A stretch of 61,550 nucleotides of DNA, filler included. It is 13 parts of 13 records of this genome, joined end to end, with 100 filler letters (N's around TTAATTAATTAA, not from the genome) between each part and the next. Parts side by side here need not be neighbours in the genome. Positions count along the whole stretch, not along the records: positions 33,863 to 37,969 come from SRR15195285_5295; positions 38,070 to 43,988 come from SRR15195285_5297; positions 44,089 to 53,138 come from SRR15195285_5298; 10 more parts are not named here. One strand, written 5' to 3'. Position numbers and translations under genes: made by a program. The stretch's first letter is position 1. Each line of letters opens with the position of its first letter. Under the pieces are notes generated by a model. It did no database searches. It worked only from the letters and a program-made list of their open reading frames with translations, and was not told the origin of the DNA. Positions 33,864 through 44,446 of this stretch are shown here, one piece after another.

Positions 33864-35497
33864 TGGTGCATCATCGGGACGTGCTCCGCCGACTGCACGA
33901 CCGTCGAAGGGCATGAGTGCTGCACGTTCACGGCGGACGATTCGCACGCGCAGAATTGCGGTCGCATCGGGTCCGTGCTGCCGGGCGACGACAAGCAGGC
34001 ATGTGGGCAGCACTGCCTGGAGAACGACGCGTGCTTCTGGACCTACTCCGCCGGCGGCGACTACGCCGGCGACTGCGAGCTGCTCGGGCGGTGCGGCGAG
34101 AACGGCGCATCGAACAGGCCGTTTGACGCATCGTACATCGCCGAAGGGACGATGCACTCGGCAGGATGCTTCTCGTGGGGCGACTCGGAACCGGTGCGTC
34201 CACAGCTCAGCTTGTGCCGATGGCCGGCGGCAAGAGCACACGTAACGCGTTCGCCCGCTGCCCCATTGCCACGCCCGCAACGCCTCGGCACCTACGCCAC
34301 ACCCGCTCGTTCGCGGCTGGCCAGCACAAGCAGTCACCTTTGCGTCCGCCGAGGTCTCGCGGTCTTGTGACAGTTCGTTTGACTCCGCGTAGGTTCCCTC
34401 GGCTCCGCTGTCGCTGATGTCGATGATCATGGGATTCGGCATCGCGCTCCTCGTATTCGGACTACCTGCCGTCTGGTGGATGCGCAAGAGCTGCAAAGAG
34501 ACCAACAAGAATCTCCGGCGGCACACAGAAGCTGCTGACGTTGAGAACGGCGGTGCCCAGCCGCAACGTCGCGTGCCGTCGATCAAGAATGTGGCCCGCG
34601 CGATCATTCACGCACAGCGCGCCATGGACGATCTGCAGCGCGGAATGCTGAGATCGATGGTGGCTGAGATGGAGAGAGCAACGGCTCAGCAACTTGCACA
34701 GGCGCAGTCGGTGCAGATCAAGGGGACGAGAGGGGAGCGGAGAGAGGCGCTGCGACAAAAGCACCGACACCAGAGGGCCGCGCTGGCAAATCAGCTAGAC
34801 GCTGTGGATATGGGGCTGAACAAAATGCTGCAGGACCAGGGTGTGTCGGAGGTCGAGGCTGGAGGAGGAGTCATTGCCAAGGAAGACACCCAGCTGGCGA
34901 AGACGGAATCGAGAAAGGTCCTGGCGCAATACGACCAGCACGTGGAAGAGATGAGCAAACAGCTGAAGACGCGAGCGCAGTCGCAGTCACAGAACCTCGA
35001 GAAAAAGCTCGAGGAGAAGCGCGAACTCATGAAGGCACGGCTGCTGCAGATGGAGCAGCTGATGGAGCGGCAAGGCTTGAATGCCACCATTGTCCAAGCG
35101 CCCAAGCAGCCTTCGGGAAAGCCGAGTGCTGCTGCGGAAAGCGCGAAGAAGCGGCAGTCGCGTGCTGTCGCGGTAAAGAGGCTGGATCTGACTGGCGATG
35201 GTAACACAGAGACCGTAGGATATGATACGAACGGCGACGGAGTCGTCGATGCTATCGACTATGATGGTGCGCCCCCTTTTCCTGCCTGGAAGAACCCCCG
35301 TCTGCACACTGGGTTGTCCGCATGCTGTCGCGTCCGCGTGTAGTCTCGCGCTCAGCCCGTGTTCTTGCTGGCTTGCAGGGGATGGGAAGATTGACGCGTA
35401 CTTGCAGGTGAAGGAGGAGCTGGTCGGCAAGCCGGAGTTCGTCGCACCCGGGGCGACTGCACCCGACAGTCCCCGGCCGCCTCCGGGACAACCCTGA
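33864..35497 (+). CDS. 5'-partial single-pass membrane protein: Cys-rich (PAN/apple-like) ectodomain, TM, coiled coil, tandem DxxGDG loops
   Basis: ACGQHCLENDACFWTY...CEL; TM MIMGFGIALLVFGLPAVWW; DLTGDG, DTNGDG, DYDGDG. Introns 34194-34392 and 35267-35378. Confidence 0.7.
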
Positions 35498-35788
35498 TGA
35501 CTGGTTGCTAGTCTCTGCCGCAGTTAAGTGAAGAAAGCTCCAGTGGTTGATGACTCGCTAGCTTGCACGACGCACACGTTCTGTGCATCCCGGTGTCCGA
35601 GCAGCTCGGACACCACCGGGACATCGGGATGCACAGACCCGGGCATGCGTTTGAAACACCACTGGTGCTGGGTGCAGCCAGACATGCATCACGTGGGTCG
35701 GGGTGCTGGGCATGTTACTAAACAAGAAACCGCTTTCGGATAACAGACATCACTATCTGCCAACCACTTGCTCTTCCGCGGAAAACCC

Positions 35789-37821
35789 TTATCCCTGCTT
35801 GTCCTTCTCAATGCCAGCCTTGGCCTTCTCCAGGCGCTTCAACGACTTCTCATGCTGCAACACAGCAGTTCGCGACACACGCGGCACTCGAAATCTCAGA
35901 TCAGCACACCCGGTGTTGCATTCCATGCGTTGGGTTGGCGTGCTGTGCGGCGCTGGGCTTTCTCACCGTTGGGTCAACTGCAAGAGCTTTCTCGGCGCTG
36001 ACCTTTCCTTTGAGATTGCGACCGAGCTGGATCATGCACTCCGCGTGGTTGGAATGCAGTACGACCCGCAGCTTGTCGTCCGGGTCGAGGCACAGCGCCT
36101 GCCCGTATCGGCTGGCTGCTCTATGGAAACCTTCTTTTGTGCCTGCGGTGGGATATACAATGCCATGCGATGTCGTGCCCATCAGTAGCAGCAGTGAGAT
36201 CGGGTCTTTGTGGCTCATTCTGAGCGAACGCATACACGGGGACGAAGGGTGCACGCATAGAAAATCGCAAACCCCTTGCGACCAGCTGTGTCGATGGTGC
36301 GCGGCGCACCGAGTTTAAAGGAAGCATTCCCCTCTTCCTTCAGCGACAATGCGGTCTTGCCCTGCTTGGCGAGAAGCTTCGCCATCATTGAACCCATTTC
36401 TTCCTCGTCGGTAGATTCGCTCTCATCTCCTGCCGCCTCACTGCCACCTTCCACTGCTGTCTTGACAGTAACAGAGGAATCCTTCCCCGACGGAGCATCT
36501 GGGGCCTCTGGTCTGATGCCGTCCAAATAGGCTGTTGATGCAGCAATGAACTCAGCCTTCTCGGAGAAGTCATAGCTGAGCTTCGCCGACGCCAGAAGCC
36601 CCTTCATGTTTTTTATGGACCAGCTCTCGCCCGCATCACGCTCCTTGATCATTTTCCGCGCCAGCGTGAAGTGGTCGATCGTCTGAGCGAGGTCTGGGTG
36701 CTGGTAGTGCAGTGCCTCGTCGCGTGCCTGGTTTCCCTGCGAATTTCGCAGCGTTGTGTCGATGCCGAGCTCACACAGCAAGCGGCCGGTCTCGTGCTGC
36801 CCGCCCATTCCTGCAGCGTGCAGCGGTGTGCCATCGCCATTGTTTCGCACGTTCGGGTTGACCTTTTGCTCTTCGATGAGCCACTTCACCACTGCAACGT
36901 GTCCCTTCGCTGCTGCCCAGTGCAGGGCACAGTGACCGACAAACCCGTAGGAGATACCCTTGCCACGGTAGTATAGAAGGCAGGGCTCCTGCGCAAGCAG
37001 CCGCTGCAGCGTGCCTAGGTCGCCGGCCTTTGCCGCATCGAACCACGGGACGCCGACTTCCTTGTCCACCAGCACGTCCCCCGTCGGCACGACCATCCAG
37101 CCGTCCTGTAGGACTGGAGGCCCGGCAACTTCAGCCGGCTCCGGCTCCGCTGTGGCTGCTGCCGCAGGCGGGATCAGCGGGGGGCCCGTCTCGGGGATCG
37201 GCGCAACGGCAGGCGCCTCCGTCGGGACGAGCTTTTCAGGAACAGTGTTGCGTTCGGTGCCGTCCTCGAATCGAATGGTATAGTACGGATCCTCGCCGGG
37301 AGCTAGGTTCTCCACACCCTTGTGCACGATTTGAGCGCGGCGCTGCGTGCCGTCGGCATCGGTGTGGAGCACCCACTCCACCGGTGCCTTCTTCGGAGCC
37401 TGGACGAGATGCCCCCGCGTCTCGAGGAACGCGGCGATCTTCGAGTGCGACCGCAGTGCCGCCGCGTCGCGCGCGGTGTTGCCATCTTCGTCCTTGACCG
37501 AGGCGTCGCAGCCAGACCTGCAGTGGCAGGTTCACGAGGGCCACAAACAAAAGACTCGTCGATCAGTTGAGCGCAAGGAGGGATCGAGGTGTATTGTAAT
37601 CGTTACCGCAGCAGCAGGTTGACCGCCTCCCAGCTGTCGTTTGACGCCGCCGAGTGCAGCGCTGTCGCACCGCTGCCATTCGCGAGGTTCGGATCGATGC
37701 CTCCGCCCAGAAGCCACGAGATCAGCTCCTCGTTGTTCCTCGCGGCGGCCCAGTGCAACGCCGAGTTACCAATGCCCGGCTGGCGGTAGGAAAGCAGCGC
37801 GGGCGTGGCCGAAAACATCGC
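35789..37821 (-). CDS. 5'-partial ankyrin-repeat + SH3-like + TPR protein
   Basis: SALHWAAA, TALHSAA, ALHWAAAKGH, TPLHAA; PYYTIRFEDGTERNT; LKEEGNASFK...SNHAECMIQLG...ALAVDPTHEK. Introns 37518-37606, 36143-36309 and 35855-35966. Confidence 0.82.
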
Positions 37822-37969
37822 CTGCAAGCGCCCATCATACCCCACAAAACACTGTCAAACATCTCCGCGACGCGAGAATCAGCTTGCTCTGCAGAGCACC
37901 GCAGCCGCTTCCAGGCCACCCATGGACCGCTGGCATATTGCTGACGGGATGGATGCGCCAGTGGCAACG

Positions 37970-38069
37970 NNNNNNNNNNNNNNNNNNNNNNNNNNNNNNN
38001 NNNNNNNNNNNNNTTAATTAATTAANNNNNNNNNNNNNNNNNNNNNNNNNNNNNNNNNNNNNNNNNNNN
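37970..38069. other. Artificial contig-joining spacer
   Basis: N44-TTAATTAATTAA-N44. Confidence 0.98.
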
Positions 38070-38096
38070 CAGCAGCAGCAGCAGCAGCAGCAGCAG
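38070..38096. repeat. (CAG)n microsatellite at contig start
   Basis: About 9 units. Confidence 0.9.
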
Positions 38097-38332
38097 GACA
38101 GCCACCGTGTGAGACTGACTGTAGTAGCTGGCACGAAAGATGATGATTATTGTGATGCACTCTGATGATGGAGCTGTGCCTGGAGGCCGAACCATCGATA
38201 CAGATATCTGATATGCATTCATGCTAATGCATTATTTCCTTGGATAGTACTTGTGAATAATTATGGGGTCCGTAGCAGCCGGAGATCTTGTGCTGTTACT
38301 GCTCAACAAGCAGAGACCCCGACCAGCTCAAG

Positions 38333-40582
38333 TCATACTGGAACTCTCCAATCTATAGGCTTGTGCCCAAGAGCCTGAAGCTCCACGTTGCACTTCGAAA
38401 ACACGCCGCTGCCGAACCAGCCGCGTGACGCGGAAAGCGGTGATGGATGCGGCGCTTCAATTACTCGGTGTCGCGAAGTGTCTACCAGTGTGCGCTTCTT
38501 CCGCGCAAACCCTCCCCATAGTAGAAACACGACACCGGCGTTGCTTCGCTCTGAGATGCCACGAATAACCTCGTCTGTGAAGCTCGCCCACATTGTAGCG
38601 TGCGAGTTGGCTTCACCTTCTCGAACTGTAAGGCTAGCATTCAGCAGAAATACTCCTTGTTGTGCCCACGCTTCTAAGTTCCCGTGTGTAGGCACCTCAA
38701 ACTTTCCCTCGGTGACTGCAGCAGGATCGTCTGATATCTCCTTAAATATGTTGCGCAGCGAAGGTGGAATCGCTACCCGACGCTCAACTGAGAAGCATAG
38801 ACCGTGTGCTTGATTGTGTCCGTGGTACGGATCCTGCCCAACCAACGAATATTTTAATTTCGGCTCGATGTCAACCAGAACTTGGCCAAGTCCACAGTTG
38901 CACAATCGCTTCAGCCTATTCTTGTAAAGATTGTGGAGCGCATCTTACCTGGCCGATGATGACCACCTTCACGCTGTCAAGAGGTGTCAGCTCGAATGCA
39001 TGGAACACGCAGCGAGCGGGTGGAAAGATTCGCCCGCGGCTAGCGTCCGTGGCTATCTGCTGCAGAAGGTGTTGGAAGTTCGAGTGATGAAAGGTTGTCG
39101 GAACGTTCCCAGTAGCTCCTTCTCCACGAACAGGATCCTCGATCGTCGATGTGTCGTGTTGGAAGATTGGACCCCAGCTGGGGTGATCCATCAACTGCCT
39201 AGCGATAACTCGCAGTTCAGCAGCATACATGGCACCCTCGTTGTTTATGGAAGAACTGGCGAGTACGGCAGGATCGCTTGCCACAGCTCCATTTGGGGAA
39301 ACTGGCTGTACGTGAGCTCGATCGACTCCATCACGAATTCTCGCCAGAGTGCCCTGGTGGCAAACACGCAGCATTGGAATTGAATCGTCAGGCGCATCGC
39401 ACAAGCAAAATTCGTGCTCTGAGTGCGCAGCATCGCTATGCGCAGCTTCGCTGCCATTGTGGTCTTATTCTCGCTCGCGTTCGAATGATTGTAATCACTC
39501 ACCGGGTGTGCAGTCAGATTCTGCCGCAGCCATTGCATTGTCGTAACCCCTGCAGTTGCCTTAGCGAGTTCAATCACGGCGCGCAGTTGCGGTACGCTTG
39601 CAATCTCAATACTGCGTAGCTGCTTGTCGATAGCAGGTCCGATTCCGGGCAAGCTTTGCAAATCGTCTGGGCGCAGCGTGGACTTCTCAGCAGCCACGCG
39701 CCTGCGCGAGCGGTGGATGCCGGCAGCATGCGTTTCTCCGAGATGGGTCGCAAACTCAGAAGAACGCGGGTCGGCACCACAGGTCTCGATCAACCAGCGC
39801 CAGACCTGCCCGGAACAGTGCAATGTTTCAGTGCAGCTTTGTTACTGGTTGGCGACCTCAGTTGCTACGATCGTGCACTAGTAGTGTTAATAACTCACGG
39901 TAGCCACGGCTTTAGCGTCGGCAAGTGCGTCGTGCGCGTCATCGAGCGACGTGCCAGTAGCTAGCTGATACAAGTTTTCCAGCGTGTGCGAGCTAACAGC
40001 CTTTTCTGCCTTCAGCGCGACTCTTGCTAAGTGCAGTGTATCAACCGTGTGTGCAGATGCCTCCAAACCTCGCGGCATTTTGCAGCCAGCTGCCACAGCA
40101 CCCTTTCGTAGCACCCTTTCGTCAAATGCCCTGCCGTTATGCGCTGCCCAGACCAAGCGACGCTCAGGCCCAAAGGTGCTGTCCAACCAGCTGGCGAGCT
40201 CTGTCAGAACAGCAGCGAGGCTCTGAGCTTGCCATTCTACGAGTAGCTCCATCGAAATTCCGTGTATCCGTTCAGCGTCTGGATGGATTGGCACAGAGGG
40301 CATAATGTAGCGGACGAATGATGAATACGGCTCATCTTCCCAGTCAGCACAAGTGACCGCGATCTGGACAATATCACAGGGCGGCAATCCTGTCGTCTCC
40401 ACGTCCCACGCCAGCCCAACCGCACGTGGGGGCGGGCTGGACGAGTAGAGCCGGCAGTGCAGAGATGCTGCGCGTGCCGACGTCGGCCCTCGCCAGCGCA
40501 GTTTACGCAGCCTGGAGGAACGATCAAGCGAACATCCATGCGTCCGCCCGAGTCGGAGCAGTGCGCGAGCAGGCCGGATCAT
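38333..40582 (-). CDS. UNG: DEDDh 3'-5' exonuclease + helix-hairpin-helix + family-1 uracil-DNA glycosylase fusion, 4 exons (40582-39899, 39805-39503, 39353-38949, 38833-38333), 630 aa
   Basis: Exo I DVETTG, Exo II AHNGRAFD, Exo III AHDALAD; HhH LQSLPGIGP; UNG motifs GQDPYH, AHGLCFS, PPSLRNI, LLN, NSH, HPSPLS. Three phase-0 GT-AG introns with donors GTGAGT, GTGAGT and GTAAGA. Confidence 0.85.
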
Positions 40583-41491
40583 GGCATATAGTTGTATCGA
40601 CGTGAAGTCAAAATGTGTCGACCATTCGTCGGTGCACCCCCACGCGCGGCACGCGTTCGTCGCGCGCGCAACGCCGGCTGAGTGCCGTGCGCGGCCCCCA
40701 ACTTGGGCAGCAGGGTGCTCGCTGAGCAGGGTGTGGCACGCGCGCGCGCGCCGGCCGCGCGCGGCACATATTCGAATACTCTAATTCATCAGTGCAGTTT
40801 CAAGACCGCAAAATCGTTCTGGGCCGGACAGAGTTTTGTGAAGCCGGCCCTGGTCGACTGAGGCACCTAACGTGGCGGCGGGTGATTATGCCCCCCCGTG
40901 CTGCGCTCTGCCCGCTGCCCTCGTAGCGTAGGGCGCCAGGCTGGCCGCGACCACGCCCACCGGTAGGTTCGCTAGGCGTCTGTGGAGCCGTGGCGCGGTA
41001 GGGTGGGGGTTGGAGGGGGGTTCGGGGAGGTGTGCGCACGAGCAGGACGAGCTTCCTCGTTACTAGCAATGTGCTTATGATCGCATGTAGTATGTCACAC
41101 GCTGGGATGATGGTTGCCTGCGGGGCAAATAGGACTTACTGGCAAATGCAGCAGACTCCACGGACTCCACAGATCAAGACCCAGCCTGTGACTATATCGT
41201 ATATGGTCCGACGGCGCTTGGCTAGAGTTACTGGTACTCCGTGGAAGAGCTTGTACAAGAAAACTCGCAAGATAAAATAATGTGGGAGCCATCGATAGAT
41301 AACATCACGGGCACGGTTCGCGATGGTTGTACTCGAGATATTTGGCTCGGCTTGCAAGTGGCTGATCGGGCCAGCCATTAACGATACTAGTAGCAAGTGA
41401 ATGAACTGCCTCGTCGTACACAACCGTTCGCCATTATTGTGGCTTACACGTTTAGCAGCGTTTATCAGCCATGCAGAAGCACTGCATCGCA

Positions 41492-43546
41492 TCAGCTCCA
41501 TGCTGCCGCAAGCATAGCGACGAAAGTCACGACAGGCACAACCGTGGACGAGGACGACGCCGCTGGCGCCGGCGCTGGCGCTGGAGTAGCCACAGGAGTT
41601 GCCGAGCCTCCAGTGCCACCTCCAGTGCCACCTCCGGTACCACCTCCCGTGCCGTCTCCCGTGCCACCGCCTGTGCCAGCAGACGTGTCCACGGGTTCCA
41701 CGACCTCGACATCGGTGCAGCTAGTGCAGGCCTCAAAAGAACTTTCGGGAGCAACGATCGGGTCGTAGTACATGTCAGCGAAGGCCGGAAACATGAACTC
41801 GACGCCCTTGTTGGACGAAGTCACTGTAATGTTTGTGGCCATGGACGGTGCAGAGGTGTAGGTGCAGGCCGCGACGGTCGCGTCGGCAGCCGTCATGACA
41901 GCTTCACAAGCAGCTGAGTCGTCCAGGGCAGTCACAGCTGCGCATGCAAGAGCGTCGTCCGGAAGAGACGGGTCAGTTGCGGTCTCCAAGCACGTGCCAG
42001 CGATAGGAGCGGCGATCATCGCCTTCGTCGGCATCTGGGCAACCATCCCGCCCATGTTCACCGCAGTCGTCCGGCGGTCAGGGCGTGGTCGTGCGGTCGG
42101 GTCGGCATCTCCACCGTCGCGGCCGTTGTTGCTGCACGATCGCGAGAACTCCCGGTCGAGCGCCATCTTCACGAACGTAACTGCGCTGCTGCTACCGTAA
42201 GTCATCGTGCCTGAAGTCCACGTGGGAAGATTTCTCTGCGAAGCAAGGGACATGATAGAGTGCGCGTTGACTTTGCGGGTGGCATCTGGCCCACGCTCTT
42301 CGATCTTGCCGAACTTGATGTTGAGGCAGCTTGCGTCTGTTCCAGTTGAGCAGACGTCGACGTTCGGACTGCGGCCCTTGAAGGTAACCGTCAAGCCATC
42401 CACATCACCAAGCGGCGTGTCGCCAGTCGCATCTGAGCAGGTCTCGGTGACGGTGGTACCGTCCTCCGCGACGGCGTGCGAGTACGAGCAGCCTTCGGGG
42501 CAGAGAGCAGCAGAGGGCACGGTCTCTTCCGTGCTGTCTGTATTCGTCAGGTCAGCATCAGTGCACGTAGAGGCGTCGACCGCCGCCGGGGGCGCCGTGT
42601 AGGTGCAGGCCGCGACTGTCGCGTCTGCAGCCGTCATTACAGCTTCGCAGGCAGTTGCGTCGTCCAGGGCCGTCACGGCAGCGCACGCAGTAGCGTCGTC
42701 CGCAACAGAATCGTCTGCGGTCTCCGCGCAAGTCGCTGCTTCGCCTCCCGCACTGGCACCTTCTGTCATGTCTACCGTCACTGCCAGAAAGTTGTTGGGG
42801 CCACAGAACGGCCACTGGGAGCTGCGGATGTTGTACTTCACGGCCTTGGCTGGCACGACGATGTTGTCCGGCGTGAACGCGCAGGCGCCTGCTGCAGTGC
42901 AGCCGGTTGCGTCGCAGACACCGTTCGGGCAGTCGACCTGTTGCACGGAGCAGTCGACTGTAGCCGTCTGCGCACAGGACTCCAGAACTTCGAGGACTTC
43001 GGGCACCTCGGCTGTCCACGTTGCGCCTGTGACGGCAGAGGTGTAGTTGCAGGCCCCGACGGACGCGTCGGCAGCCGTCATGATCTCTCCACAGGCAGTT
43101 GAGTCGTCCAGGGCAGTCACGGCAGCGCATGCAGCAGCGTCGTCCAGAACAGAAACAGTTGCGATCTCCGTGCATGTGGCCGCGGTATTCAACGCGTTGC
43201 AGTCAGCTTCGGTGGTGGCCGTCGAATCGCTGCAGGAGGCGGGCACTGCGGCCTGAGGCGCGACGTAGGCAACGTAGTCGCACCCGGTCGGGCAGTCTGC
43301 GGAGCTGTCGGCGGTGTCGCCGAGGTCCACTGCTGCGCATGCGTCCTCGCACGTGCCGCCGTACGCCACCGTGGACTCTTCGCCGAAGATGTACATCTCA
43401 ACTTCCAGGTTGTAGGCGTCTGTGCTTGCCGCCGTGTCGCCGCCTGCTGCGTTTGGGTTGCCGCCGCCGCCGCCGCCGCCACCTTGGCCTTGGCTCAGGG
43501 TGCGGCCAGCCAGGCACATCAATCCGAACGCCGTCGCGCGCATCAT
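41492..43546 (-). CDS. Secreted, probably GPI-anchored acidic Cys-rich surface protein with three repeat modules; SAARP/CARP-like segments
   Basis: Signal peptide; hydrophobic C-terminus (STVVPVVTFVAMLAAAWS) after a G/T/P linker; 684-aa intronless ORF. Confidence 0.8.
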   Translation of the reverse strand: MMRATAFGLMCLAGRTLSQGQGGGGGGGGNPNAAGGDTAASTDAYNLEVEMYIFGEESTVAYGGTCEDACAAVDLGDTADSSADCPTGCDYVAYVAPQAAVPASCSDSTATTEADCNALNTAATCTEIATVSVLDDAAACAAVTALDDSTACGEIMTAADASVGACNYTSAVTGATWTAEVPEVLEVLESCAQTATVDCSVQQVDCPNGVCDATGCTAAGACAFTPDNIVVPAKAVKYNIRSSQWPFCGPNNFLAVTVDMTEGASAGGEAATCAETADDSVADDATACAAVTALDDATACEAVMTAADATVAACTYTAPPAAVDASTCTDADLTNTDSTEETVPSAALCPEGCSYSHAVAEDGTTVTETCSDATGDTPLGDVDGLTVTFKGRSPNVDVCSTGTDASCLNIKFGKIEERGPDATRKVNAHSIMSLASQRNLPTWTSGTMTYGSSSAVTFVKMALDREFSRSCSNNGRDGGDADPTARPRPDRRTTAVNMGGMVAQMPTKAMIAAPIAGTCLETATDPSLPDDALACAAVTALDDSAACEAVMTAADATVAACTYTSAPSMATNITVTSSNKGVEFMFPAFADMYYDPIVAPESSFEACTSCTDVEVVEPVDTSAGTGGGTGDGTGGGTGGGTGGGTGGSATPVATPAPAPAPAASSSSTVVPVVTFVAMLAAAWS
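41855..43181 (-). repeat. Three dispersed ~140-bp intragenic repeats (about 41855-41995, 42596-42737, 43040-43181)
   Basis: Each encodes TCxExAxxSxxDDAxACAAVTALDDxxACxxxMTAADAxVxACxYT with high DNA similarity. Confidence 0.9.
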
Positions 43547-43988
43547 CTTCTCCGCGAACCTGGTTCCTTCCTTCCCTCCTTCCCTGCTCTCGAGAGCTCG
43601 GTGTAGGTTGGTGCGCGTGCGCGCGTGCTGTTGGCTCCGAGAACGAACAGCCGTCTGCCCTAGCTGTGCCCATCGCCATTGCGTACGGCGTACGCTCGCG
43701 TGTGATTAAATCCGCAATCATCACATGCTAAATCACTATTGCCAGTGATGAACATTATTGTGAGATTGAGCGAGCTTGGGTGAGAACGATGCGTGGCCGA
43801 TAGGCGCGCGCCGCCTGCGGCGCACCGCGTCATTTGTACATTGATCTCGCAATTTCAATGTCAACAACTATTATGTATTAACATATGAAAAGTGTGTTGG
43901 GGTGAGAACATGAACAAGCAACAGTTAGAAAGTACACGCCGCGGAATCCTGTAATAGGACCAAGGGTAGACTCAACTGGGTTGGTCAC

Positions 43989-44088
43989 NNNNNNNNNNNN
44001 NNNNNNNNNNNNNNNNNNNNNNNNNNNNNNNNTTAATTAATTAANNNNNNNNNNNNNNNNNNNNNNNNNNNNNNNNNNNNNNNNNNNN
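43989..44088. other. Artificial contig-joining spacer
   Basis: N44-TTAATTAATTAA-N44. Confidence 0.98.
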
Positions 44089-44446
44089 GTTCGACAGTTG
44101 TGGTGTCCCCGCGCGATCCCAAATCGATTCACTCTAATTCTGGGCCCGAACTATTCTACGAATTCGGCTCCGAAAATGACCGATTTATGAGTGCTATCTA
44201 GAATAGTGTTGTGCTGGATGCAGTGCGAGTTTTCTCTGAATGTTTCGTCCCATCCTCCCTGCTCCTCCTCTGCCCCTCCCAACGCTAAGACGTTCGTTAA
44301 GGAGACGGGGTCTGTTGTTTTGTGAGACCGAGAGGGTCGTCTTGTCTTTGTTGATGGGCCACTACATGTAACAAGTTTAGTCATTCTTCTTGCTGCGAGA
44401 AGTTTCGTACTGTCTCGCATTATCCACAACGAGGAGGGGAGCTAGT

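Noticed and set aside
38333-38948. UNG and exonuclease as evidence of an endogenous virus
   Set aside because: The gene has spliceosomal introns and host-like composition, and no capsid, polymerase or integrase genes are nearby
40800-41501. Short ORFs between the UNG fusion and the surface-protein gene
   Set aside because: No recognisable motifs; likely promoter or UTR sequence
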